From Bacillota bacterium (GTDB lineage Bacteria; Bacillota; JAAYKD01): a stretch of DNA of 64,000 bases. Under the pieces are notes generated by a model that saw only the letters and a program-made list of their open reading frames with translations, did no database searches and was not told where the DNA came from. The position numbers and the translations under genes were made by a program. This document shows positions 1-9,027 of this stretch, piece after piece. The stretch spans positions 1,888,001-1,952,000 of the forward strand of contig OY762825.2 in the NCBI GenBank assembly GCA_963666425.2, in the 5' to 3' direction. Position 1 is the stretch's first letter. Each line of letters opens with the position of its first letter.

Positions 1-1588
1 TGAGAGAGGAAAAGACTCCTTTGCTGCTGCTGTTTTGGTAACTGAAGCTATAGCGGGTCACATCGACGCTGCCGCCGGCACCATTGCTGACCGCTGTGGT
101 GGTTTCTGTTACATCGGAGATGACAGCATAAGTATGTAAATCACCGGTGACATCGTTGAGAATCAAATGGCTGATTTCACGCTGACTATTCAGCACGAAA
201 TAGCGGATGTCCTCAGAATCCAGCTTGGTATTAGCTAACCGTGTGCTGCGGACCGTACAGGATTGACCGTTGCTGTCGGTATCGAGAATCTGAACATCGG
301 CGGCAAAAGTATAATCTCCCAGTTCGGTAGCGGCAGCATTGACTGTGCCGGAAATCCGTTTTAAAGCTAATTTTGTCAGATGGACATTGCCATTGACGAT
401 ACCGACCGCAACAAGATCGCCGGCATTGACAACAGCATCACTATTATATTGACGGGTCGAACCGTCGGTGCAGGCGACTGTGATCACATTGACAACCTGA
501 CTGCCGCTGGTATTGGTCAGGTATGTTTCTACCCCTTTGCTGACAACGACACCATATTGGATGGCAGAAGATTCCTGAGGTGTCAGGACATCCACAACAC
601 TGCCGTTCATACCTAAAAGCAGCGTTACAGTATCGCCGGGAACATAGTCACCCATGGCGGAAAGTTTGTAAGCAGCGGCGGAGGACGCAAGCGTATAGGT
701 ATTGCCCGCTACAACAATACTGCTGGGGGCGACTGTATTGGGTGAAGCGGATGTGTACATCCCTACGACCTGATTACTGTAAGCCCAGATTGTCTTCAGA
801 CTGCTATGATAATACAGAACATCGTTCGCCACAAGCGCGGAAACATTGGCGGGCTTGCCATTGCGGTAAACCGTAGCGTCGGTCAGCTCAAATGGAATCA
901 AATTGCTGAAATCGGTATTGTCCAGTACAAAAGGTCCCTGCATCTTTTTGGCTATCAGAGCGGCATAATCAATTTCTCCCGCAGAATTCACACTATAACC
1001 AAGGCTGCTGGCGTATACTGTACCAGTTTTTGTCTTCGCTTTCATCATATTGTAAACCAATTGCCAGGCATTTGCTGTGGTTAGGGTTTCCCCCTTCCGC
1101 GTATTGATTCCCTCGGCTAAGCCCAAGGCGTTATACTTTGCTAATTGAGCTGTGGGATAACTGCCCTGCATGTCTTCTGCTGTATAGCCGAGCAGACGTA
1201 AAACAGCAGTTGCTGCTTCTTCCAATTTCATGGATTGATCCGGTCGGAAGCTGCCGTCAAGATACCCAAGCATCCAACCGGCATCAACAGCGGTCTTGAT
1301 AGCAGCAGCATAGGGGTGGTTATATTTTACATCCCGGAACGGTGAAATACTGGAGGTGTTATCGAGGGTATCCTGATATTGCGAACCGGCTGCCAACAAA
1401 GCAGCGAATTCTCCGCGGGTGATTGTACTGGCACCACTTGCATCAGTCAATTGATCAGCATCAAAAAGGTCCATTGCTTCTAAAGTGAGTATGACCTGAT
1501 TGTCTGGTTCGCCGGCGGATACCGGCGGCGTCAGAAAAAGGCAGAAAATCATACTAAAAAGAAGGGGGAGAAGTATTCTTTTTTTCAT
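1..1588 (-). CDS. S-layer homology (SLH) domain surface protein, runs off the left window edge
   Basis: Not in the ORF track. Manual translation from ATG 1588 gives signal peptide MKKRILLPLLFSMIFCLFLTPPVSA, then SLH motifs ITRGEFAALL and FRDVKYNHPYAAAIKTAVDAGWMLGYLDGSFRPDQSM. Purine-rich RBS upstream; directly follows the ABC permease. Confidence 0.85.
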   Translation of the reverse strand, partial: MKKRILLPLLFSMIFCLFLTPPVSAGEPDNQVILTLEAMDLFDADQLTDASGASTITRGEFAALLAAGSQYQDTLDNTSSISPFRDVKYNHPYAAAIKTAVDAGWMLGYLDGSFRPDQSMKLEEAATAVLRLLGYTAEDMQGSYPTAQLAKYNALGLAEGINTRKGETLTTANAWQLVYNMMKAKTKTGTVYASSLGYSVNSAGEIDYAALIAKKMQGPFVLDNTDFSNLIPFELTDATVYRNGKPANVSALVANDVLYYHSSLKTIWAYSNQVVGMYTSASPNTVAPSSIVVAGNTYTLASSAAAYKLSAMGDYVPGDTVTLLLGMNGSVVDVLTPQESSAIQYGVVVSKGVETYLTNTSGSQVVNVITVACTDGSTRQYNSDAVVNAGDLVAVGIVNGNVHLTKLALKRISGTVNAAATELGDYTFAADVQILDTDSNGQSCTVRSTRLANTKLDSEDIRYFVLNSQREISHLILNDVTGDLHTYAVISDVTETTTAVSNGAGGSVDVTRYSFSYQNSSSKGVFSSL

Positions 1589-1607
1589 TTTATCATTCCT
1601 TCCTCTC

Positions 1608-2798
1608 TTAATCGTAACGTAAGGCTTCTATGGGATTCAGGCGCGCTGCTTTTTGGGCAGGCAAATAACCGAAGAGAATACCGATGCCGACTGAAACAGC
1701 AAAGGCGATCAGCACCGAAGAAGTGGAAGGGGCAATCGTAATATCGGTATCCAGCATGGAAGTGATTAAGGTGGTGCCTATGGTGGAAAGAGCATACCCC
1801 AAAGCAACTCCAACCAATCCGCCCAAACCGCTGGTAGTGCCGGCTTCAATGACAAATTGTTCAAGAATATTACGTTGCTTTGCTCCCAAAGCCTTGCGGA
1901 TACCGATTTCTTTCGTGCGCTCCGATACGGAAACCAGCATGATATTCATAATGCCAATCCCGCCAACCACCAAAGAGATAGCGGCAATTGCACCGAGAAT
2001 TAAAACCACAGCATCGAGCATGCTGGACATGGTTGTCAGCATTTCTGATAAGCTGATTACGGTATAAGCGCTGTCACTGCCGAATACTTTGTATAAAGCA
2101 TTTTCAATCAGCGCTTTTGCTTCCGAAACCGTTTCCTCTGTAGTAACAGAAAATGTATAAGAATTGATGCCCATCCAGGATAGTTTGGCGGCGACACTAT
2201 AAGGCAGATAGATCACATCATCGCTGCTGCTTTCTTCACTGGCGGCTTCTTCTGAAAGGATGCCGACGATCGTATAAGTATTCTGGCCGATACGCAGTGT
2301 CTCTCCCAGCGCGTTATTATTGAAATACTCTTTGGCCAGATAGCTGCCGATGACACAAACCTTGTGGCGGTTGAGAATATCAATATATTCGATGAATCGT
2401 CCCGACTGTAAGGAGTAATCCTTCATTGTTGCGTAATCTTCACCGACTCCGGAGATCGAGGTAGTGCTGATACTGTCAGAACCGATTTTAACGGTGCCGC
2501 TCACACTGACGAGGGGAGAAACGGACTGCAGAAGATCAGGATTCTCTGCTGCCAGAGTGTACATCTCATCAACGGAGATACTGCGGGAAGAACCGCGCCC
2601 TTTCACATTCACAGTCAGTAAATTCGTACCCATGCTTTGAAAGGATTCTGTCATGTAATTCTCCATTCCATTGCCCAGGCCAACGATTACTGTTACCGCT
2701 GCAACTCCAATGATAATGCCCAACATCGTCAATAGGGAACGCAATTTATTCGAGGCAATGTTTTTGATCGCCATTTGAAAAGACTGCAGTAGATTCAT
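1608..2798 (-). CDS. ABC transporter permease, MacB/FtsX/YknZ family
   Basis: RSLLTMLGIIIGVAAV start, GGIGIMNIMLVSVSERTKEIGIRKALGA motif, PAQKAARLNPIEALRYD end. Confidence 0.95.
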   Translation of the reverse strand: MNLLQSFQMAIKNIASNKLRSLLTMLGIIIGVAAVTVIVGLGNGMENYMTESFQSMGTNLLTVNVKGRGSSRSISVDEMYTLAAENPDLLQSVSPLVSVSGTVKIGSDSISTTSISGVGEDYATMKDYSLQSGRFIEYIDILNRHKVCVIGSYLAKEYFNNNALGETLRIGQNTYTIVGILSEEAASEESSSDDVIYLPYSVAAKLSWMGINSYTFSVTTEETVSEAKALIENALYKVFGSDSAYTVISLSEMLTTMSSMLDAVVLILGAIAAISLVVGGIGIMNIMLVSVSERTKEIGIRKALGAKQRNILEQFVIEAGTTSGLGGLVGVALGYALSTIGTTLITSMLDTDITIAPSTSSVLIAFAVSVGIGILFGYLPAQKAARLNPIEALRYD

Positions 2799-3523
2799 AG
2801 TTTCACCCCGCTTTCCTGGTGAAGCAAAGCGGCTTCTTCTTTCGTAGGACCATCATAGACGATTTTCCCATCGGCCAGGCGAATGGTTCGTTCCGCGTGA
2901 GCCGCAATGCCATTGTCATGCGTGATGAGGACAACGGTGTTACCTTCTTCATGCAACTGCTGCAATAAACGCAGAACATCCATGCCTGTTTTTGAATCCA
3001 GTGCGCCGGTAGGTTCATCGGCCAGGATGACAGAAGGATTGCCGGCCAATGCGCGGGCGATCGAAACACGCTGCTGCTGTCCACCGGAAAGCTGGTTGGG
3101 TAAGTTCTTTAATTTATCTGTTAAGCCAACGCGCTCCAGAACGGTACGGGAACGTTCGATCCGCTCTCGCTTGCCCATCCCCGCATAAATCAAAGAAACC
3201 TCCACATTTTCTTCCACTGATAATCTTGGCAGAAGATTATATTGTTGAAAGATGAAACCGACCATCTTATTGCGAATTTCCGCCAGTGCGTTATCAGTCA
3301 ATTCTCCAACATCCTGCCCGCCCAGCAAATACTGACCTGCATCCGGTACATCCAGACAACCAATGATATTCATACAGGTGGATTTGCCCGAACCGGATTG
3401 ACCGACGATAGCGACGAATTCGCCTTTGTAAATTTGTAGGGAAATACCGTCAATCGCACGGACAACTGTGTCTCCCATGGTGTAAACTTTATAAACACGG
3501 CGGAATTCTATGAGGGGTGTCAT
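2795..3523 (-). CDS. ABC transporter ATP-binding protein (MacB/LolD/YknY type)
   Basis: Walker A GQSGSGKST, signature LSGGQQQRV, Walker B ILADEPTGALD. Confidence 0.96.
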   Translation of the reverse strand: MTPLIEFRRVYKVYTMGDTVVRAIDGISLQIYKGEFVAIVGQSGSGKSTCMNIIGCLDVPDAGQYLLGGQDVGELTDNALAEIRNKMVGFIFQQYNLLPRLSVEENVEVSLIYAGMGKRERIERSRTVLERVGLTDKLKNLPNQLSGGQQQRVSIARALAGNPSVILADEPTGALDSKTGMDVLRLLQQLHEEGNTVVLITHDNGIAAHAERTIRLADGKIVYDGPTKEEAALLHQESGVKL

Positions 3524-3529
3524 GCTGAT

Positions 3530-5308
3530 TTAACCTCCCGTTTTTGGAATTGTGCCGGTGCCGCCGCCTTGCGGTATGCCACCTTGTCCGCCTGTCTGAC
3601 CGCCGGTTTGTCCGCCGATCTGACCGCCTTGCTGTGTGCCAAAGGGAGTAACAACACTAGTAGTGATAGTCTCATTGGCAGTGACTGCGATAATATCACC
3701 TTCACTGAGACCAGAAGTGATTTCCACATAATCATCATTGCTCAGACCGACGGTTACATCCACATAAGCAAAACCTTCCGGAATGGCTGGGTTGCTGTTT
3801 TCCTGGGTAGATACACTATCGGTTTGCCTCAATACACGGTTTCCGCGAGCCACGGCACCGATCGGAACAGCCAAAACATCTTTGACCGATTCAATGACAA
3901 TTTCAGCTTCCACATTCATGCCGGGCAATAAACCTTCTGTATCAGTAATTTGAATGGTGATCGGATAGGTTGTGACACCGCTTGCAGTGGTACCGTTGAT
4001 GCTGACCTTGGTAATGGTGCCGATATAACGATGCCCTTCCGCCGCATCAGCAGTAATGGAAGCAGTTTGTCCCACAGATACTTTGGCAATGTCCAGTTCA
4101 TCGATATTCAGTGTCAGGGACAGGTAAGAGAGATCATAAATGACACACATGCTGGAGTTGGGAGAGACTTTATCGCCGCTTTTGGCGGTCTTATCGATAA
4201 TAGTCCCAGAAATAGGCGATTTTATGATGTAGGAATCCAGATTATCATTTTGATTTTCTAAGGCTAATTCGGCATCTTTTAAGGTATTGGCGGCATTTTC
4301 TATTTCGTCCTCTAAACTCTCACTGCTTAACGTAATCAATAATTGATCTTTAGCGACATAATCGCCTTCCATAGCATTGAGAGCAACGACTTCTCCGGCA
4401 AGCGCTGCGCTGATCACAGCTTCACTCTGGTAAGTGAAGCTGCCTTTGGCATTGCAGGCGATTTCGCCGATCATGGCGGTGGCACTGTGCGAGGTGGAAA
4501 GCGCGCCGGGATTGTTCACGTCAATGGTTACTTGACGAACCAGCATATTGCCGCTCAAAATTTGATCGACAGCGCTGATTTTACTGACGCTGCCATTCAA
4601 TATCTCATAAGAACCATCCAGAATTACGCTGGCAGCTTGCCCGATAGTAAATGTCTTGGCATCAGAAGAATTGAACGGCAAAGTCAGCTGCATTACATTG
4701 CTGTTGCGCAATTTTGCAATTGTCTGTCCTGCCTTTACATCGTCACCAACGTTCACCGAGAGTTCAATGACCGTGCCGCTGCTGGTGGCTTTGATCTTCA
4801 GGTTTTCCAGATTTTCCAGTTTTCTTTCGTAACTTTTACGGCTTTGACTGACGGAAAGCTCGGCACGTTCCAGGTTGGTGCTGACATCAGAGCTGTCAAT
4901 CTGGTAAAGAATCGTATTTTTCGCAATCACGTCACCTTCGCTGAAGTTAGAGGAAAGAACCTCTCCGCTGACTAAAGTAGTGACAGTATAAGAGTCAGCC
5001 GGCTGGAGGGAACCGCTGCCGCTTAATGATGAAACAATATCCTGCTTCGCAACCGTATAATTGGTGTAATTGGCAGCTGCGTTTTGCGTTTTTTGGGCCC
5101 GGGTTTTTAAAAATACCACAGTTCCAATCGCTGCGATCAATAGAATAACAATCAAAATGAGGGGCCATTTTTTCCTTTTCTTCTTCTTGGCAATGGCAGC
5201 TGGATTAAAATCCGTGAGATCACCACCAGCCGTTGTGGGATTAGCGCCATCCATTGCAACAGAGGCATCATTGGATGAGTTTTTTTGCTTTTTGTGGAAA
5301 ATGTTCAT
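3530..5308 (-). CDS. Efflux membrane-fusion/adaptor protein (HlyD/MacA/YknX family)
   Basis: Basic patch plus one TM helix, lipoyl-like half motifs (IKSPISGTI), GLLPGMNVEAEI, VTVGLSNDDYVEITSGLSEGD, Gly/Gln-rich tail. Confidence 0.92.
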   Translation of the reverse strand: MNIFHKKQKNSSNDASVAMDGANPTTAGGDLTDFNPAAIAKKKKRKKWPLILIVILLIAAIGTVVFLKTRAQKTQNAAANYTNYTVAKQDIVSSLSGSGSLQPADSYTVTTLVSGEVLSSNFSEGDVIAKNTILYQIDSSDVSTNLERAELSVSQSRKSYERKLENLENLKIKATSSGTVIELSVNVGDDVKAGQTIAKLRNSNVMQLTLPFNSSDAKTFTIGQAASVILDGSYEILNGSVSKISAVDQILSGNMLVRQVTIDVNNPGALSTSHSATAMIGEIACNAKGSFTYQSEAVISAALAGEVVALNAMEGDYVAKDQLLITLSSESLEDEIENAANTLKDAELALENQNDNLDSYIIKSPISGTIIDKTAKSGDKVSPNSSMCVIYDLSYLSLTLNIDELDIAKVSVGQTASITADAAEGHRYIGTITKVSINGTTASGVTTYPITIQITDTEGLLPGMNVEAEIVIESVKDVLAVPIGAVARGNRVLRQTDSVSTQENSNPAIPEGFAYVDVTVGLSNDDYVEITSGLSEGDIIAVTANETITTSVVTPFGTQQGGQIGGQTGGQTGGQGGIPQGGGTGTIPKTGG

Positions 5309-5552
5309 TGACCTAACGCAACCTTTCTCTTTTCATATTAATCAATATCATACCCGAAATATATGACTAATAGCTTAAAGTGAAAAAGAAAATTTCACAA
5401 ATAAAACGCTTTTTTTGTTCTTATCTTCACGAAAATGACATACTCGTAAAAAAAGTGATCGGCGAAAAAAACAGCAAGGCGGAATATTGTCAGATGAAAT
5501 GATCCTGCCGTCACTTTCATCATAACAGCAGGATCGTTTTTACACTTTATGT

Positions 5553-6092
5553 TTAGAACCAGTAATAGAAGAAGATTGCTTTCTCCCCACGGGCGCTGGT
5601 TGCTGCATAGAGCAGGCTATCGGCGCCGCCGATGACAAAGCCAAACTTGAGATAAAAGCGGCAGGCGATTAAGTTGCAGTCCTGTGCTTCCAGAACAATT
5701 CCCGGCAGCTGCTCTGCTTTGGCCCAGGCCACCGCTGCATCCATCAGTGCCCGACCGACACCTTGATGTCGTAAATCTGCTTCGACTTCGATATCATCGA
5801 TATAGGCCAGATGGTTCCAATTTTTATGCAGGCGCAGATGACCGGCACAACGGCCTGTTTCGGTAAAGCAAAACAAAACGGTTTTATCCGCGCTGTCAAT
5901 GAATTCGGCCGGATCCAGCTTTTCATCAGGAAAACACTTGCTGCTCTTTTGCGGCAGCAGCACTTCTTTATGGCTCCAAACCGCACCATCATAGAGTGCA
6001 AGACAATGTCCGATCACCTCAAATGCTGTGTTGGGACGCAGCAGGTGCTGGTGGTTGGACCAATTGATCGGAAGCACTGTCCATTCGCTCAT
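5553..6092 (-). CDS. GNAT acetyltransferase, streptothricin acetyltransferase (SatA)-like
   Basis: Acetyl-CoA motif RHQGVGRAL; KNWNHLAYIDDIEV and LEAQDCNLIACRFYLKFGFVIGG resemble Sat-family motifs. Confidence 0.75.
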   Translation of the reverse strand: MSEWTVLPINWSNHQHLLRPNTAFEVIGHCLALYDGAVWSHKEVLLPQKSSKCFPDEKLDPAEFIDSADKTVLFCFTETGRCAGHLRLHKNWNHLAYIDDIEVEADLRHQGVGRALMDAAVAWAKAEQLPGIVLEAQDCNLIACRFYLKFGFVIGGADSLLYAATSARGEKAIFFYYWF

Positions 6093-6097
6093 CTTGG

Positions 6098-6910
6098 TTA
6101 GTTTGCTAAGGCGATCATGGTGCGCAGGATACGGAAGGCTTCCAGGAAATTATTGCCGCTGCAGCGCAGCGTGCGGCCGTCAATCCGTTCTGAACCGGGG
6201 CAACGGGAGGCGTTATCGGCAAGACCGCTGTTCAGGCAGACGAGTTCCAGGTTGACCGGACGGGAGGGAATAAAAGGTTTCAATTCTCCGATGCGTCCGT
6301 AGGCACGCTTGGCAGCAGCTTCGATCAGTTGGCAGGCTTCATCGGTAGGTAAATTCAAAGCGGAATAGCGGGTGATGGCTTCTTTGACGGTGACCGTTTC
6401 GATTTTGCCTAAATCCAGTTTGACATCATTGCAGATGGTCTGATCACCGGTCAGCAGAATGACAGGGATGTTGAAATCGCCGGCAATGGCGGCATTGATT
6501 ACCGCTTCGCTGGCCGGTTTGCCGTTGATGCGAATTTCGAATACGGTCCCACCGGAGATGGTATGGCTCAAAACACCGCGGTCGCCATTCTTGGCATGAT
6601 AGCCGATGAAAGCGACGGCATCGAATTGATCGTTGATGCCTTCCATCATAGAAAGGTGTTTGGGAGAACCGCTGATCAGACGGACGTCCGGATGCAGTTC
6701 TTCAATGAGTATATTCCGCATCGAACCATGGCTGTCATTGCAGATGACTTCGCTGGCGCCGGCATTGAAGAACCCTTGAGCGGCAGCGCTGACTTCGCGG
6801 GTCATCTGTAAACGCGCTCTTTGATATTCCCCGGCACCGGTGATATTGCATTGATCGCCGTGCACGACGCCGGTAATTCCTTCGATATCAGCAGAAATGT
6901 AAATACGCAT
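6098..6910 (-). CDS. dppA: D-aminopeptidase, peptidase M55
   Basis: MRIYISADIEGITG, NDSHGSM, FIGYHA and LSHT zinc-ligand motifs of M55. Confidence 0.92.
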   Translation of the reverse strand: MRIYISADIEGITGVVHGDQCNITGAGEYQRARLQMTREVSAAAQGFFNAGASEVICNDSHGSMRNILIEELHPDVRLISGSPKHLSMMEGINDQFDAVAFIGYHAKNGDRGVLSHTISGGTVFEIRINGKPASEAVINAAIAGDFNIPVILLTGDQTICNDVKLDLGKIETVTVKEAITRYSALNLPTDEACQLIEAAAKRAYGRIGELKPFIPSRPVNLELVCLNSGLADNASRCPGSERIDGRTLRCSGNNFLEAFRILRTMIALAN

Positions 6911-7016
6911 TCATCAATCACTCCTTCTTTGTTTTCTGTTGTGATTTTCGCCAAAGAAGGTAAAAATCCTTCCGATGCGGAAAAGATATGCAGATAAGGA
7001 AGCGAGGCGAAATATT

Positions 7017-7457
7017 TTGAAGCAATGCGTCATTTATACCGACGGCGCCTGCTCCGGCAATCCGGGACCGGGTGGCTGGGCTGCGGTATTATTCTATAAA
7101 ACCCAACGCAAAGAACTTTCCGGCGGAGAGAAAGAGACTACCAACAATCGTATGGAGCTGATGGCGGCGATTGCGGCGCTGGAATTGCTGCTGGAACCAT
7201 GTGAAGTAGAACTCTACAGTGATTCTGCCTATCTGGTCAATGCCTTCTTGAAGAGCTGGTTGGCCAACTGGCAGCGCAACGGTTGGCTGACCAGCAAAAA
7301 ACAGCCGGTGGAAAATCAAGACCTATGGCAGCGGCTGCTCAGGCAAGCCGAACGGCATCAAATCAGCTGGCACAAGGTAAAGGGGCATGCAGATAGTGCG
7401 GAAAATAACCGCTGTGATCAGTTGGCGAGGGAAGCAATCTTAAAATTGGAGGAATGA
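7017..7457 (+). CDS. rnhA: Ribonuclease HI
   Basis: [46 protein letters not shown] start at 7017 chosen from the RBS. Confidence 0.97.
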   Translation: MKQCVIYTDGACSGNPGPGGWAAVLFYKTQRKELSGGEKETTNNRMELMAAIAALELLLEPCEVELYSDSAYLVNAFLKSWLANWQRNGWLTSKKQPVENQDLWQRLLRQAERHQISWHKVKGHADSAENNRCDQLAREAILKLEE

Positions 7458-7460
7458 GCC

Positions 7461-7877
7461 ATGTTGGAAGTCGCTGCCGCTTTGATCTATAATGAAATGA
7501 ATGAAATTCTGATTTGCCAGCGCCCGGAAGGCAAGAATTGCGCCTTGCTTTGGGAATTCCCGGGCGGCAAACAGGAAGCGGGAGAAACGCTGCGCGAATG
7601 CCTGCTGCGGGAATGCCGCGAAGAGCTGAATCTTGAATTGGCAATCGAAAAAGAAATCACAGACACAATTTATTCCTATCCGGAATTTACTGTGCATCTG
7701 ACTTTTTATCGTGCCCATATTCTCAGCGGTGAGCCGAAAAAGCAAGAACACAATGAAATTCGTTTTGTGCAGCCTGATGATTTAAGGCTGTATGATTTTT
7801 GTCCGGCAGATGCAGCGGTTCTGGATCTGCTGATCCAAAGCAATCGGGAGGTAGCTGATCATGAAGATGAATTTTGA
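7461..7877 (+). CDS. NUDIX hydrolase, MutT/NudG-like
   Basis: Nudix box WEFPGGKQEAGETLRECLLRECREEL; C-terminal FCPAD. Confidence 0.92.
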   Translation: MLEVAAALIYNEMNEILICQRPEGKNCALLWEFPGGKQEAGETLRECLLRECREELNLELAIEKEITDTIYSYPEFTVHLTFYRAHILSGEPKKQEHNEIRFVQPDDLRLYDFCPADAAVLDLLIQSNREVADHEDEF

Positions 7878-8760
7878 CGGTGCGAAACTCTTTCTTGGCT
7901 GGCTGCAGGGAGACAGCGGCATGGATGAACTGCTGCAGCACCCCGCTTATCAGACGATTTTTGAACACAGCCGGCGATTTGCTGCCGGACTGACTCCGGA
8001 GGATATCAAGATGGCGCTGCGCCAGGAGCCATCCCCTTTTTTTGGCCTGCGTGGTTTACAGGATAATTTACCTGCCATCAAAGCCACACTCTGCCGCCTG
8101 GAAGCGCAGCAGGAAAGCTTACTCGGCCAAACGGCAGCAGCTCTGCAGGCTTTCTTTGTACCGGAAGATCTTGAGGAGATTACCGTATACCCTGTAATCG
8201 GTTATGATGTTGGCATTGGACTGCATCGGCAAGTTCCCATGAATCTCAACTACGCCGGTTATATGAAATATGAAAACGAATTTCTCTATATGATGATGCA
8301 TGAGTGTTTTCATGCTGCCTATGAGAAATATCAGTCTGTGCCGGATCTCAAAGCGGCCAAAACAAAGGCGCAATGGCTGCAGATGCTTTACTGGGCCTTA
8401 CAAAACGAAGGCTATGCAACTTACAGTTCCTTGCATGCCCGCTTGTCGGCAGGAATTGAGCCGGACCCGAATTGTTTTACCATCAAAGACTATCTGGTGC
8501 TGCAGGATTCCTTGCAGCTGGAACAGACAATCGATTCCTTTTTACAGAGTCTGGACAAAACAGCAGCCGGTGCTGAGCAAGCGGCGGAGGAATGGCTCGA
8601 TTTGATTTTTGGCCAGCATCGTTACGCTTATCGTGTAGGCTGCGCCTTGATCCAGCGGATCGAACAAACCTACGGCAGAGCGGCTGTGAAAGCAGCCCTC
8701 TTTCAGCAGCCGGAGGTATTTTACAGACAATATCGGGATTTGCTGGCAGAGAAAAAGTGA
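7861..8760 (+). CDS. Putative Zn-dependent protease (HExxH gluzincin-like, DUF5700/DUF2268-like)
   Basis: MHECFH with downstream NEGYATY and C-terminal AYRVG. Confidence 0.7.
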   Translation: MKMNFDGAKLFLGWLQGDSGMDELLQHPAYQTIFEHSRRFAAGLTPEDIKMALRQEPSPFFGLRGLQDNLPAIKATLCRLEAQQESLLGQTAAALQAFFVPEDLEEITVYPVIGYDVGIGLHRQVPMNLNYAGYMKYENEFLYMMMHECFHAAYEKYQSVPDLKAAKTKAQWLQMLYWALQNEGYATYSSLHARLSAGIEPDPNCFTIKDYLVLQDSLQLEQTIDSFLQSLDKTAAGAEQAAEEWLDLIFGQHRYAYRVGCALIQRIEQTYGRAAVKAALFQQPEVFYRQYRDLLAEKK

Positions 8761-8834
8761 ATTTCTCAAGATCCCATAAGACGAGATAAACGTTCCAACA
8801 AGCAGGTATCAAATATTATAATAGATGTTTTTAG

Positions 8835-8859
8835 GTCCGTGATTTTCACGGACTTTTTA
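8835..8859 (+). terminator. Intrinsic terminator after the rnhA operon
   Basis: gtccgtga-ttt-tcacggac hairpin followed by a T-tract. Confidence 0.7.
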
Positions 8860-9027
8860 TTTTGAAAAGATTAAAATCCTTCTAATAAAAGAAGGAAACC
8901 TGCCGATACAGGAGAAATATTTACAGCAATAATTGGTAACCGCTCCTGATAAAAAAGCGAAAACCGAACACACTTTGAGAAGGATGGCTGGTTAATGATA
9001 CAGCCTGACATGGGGGGAGTAAGGAAA

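Noticed and set aside
380-1084. Short plus-strand ORFs at the window start, and the many similar antisense ORFs elsewhere
   Set aside because: They are shadows of well-supported genes on the opposite strand (here the SLH gene 1-1588) and show no motifs of their own.
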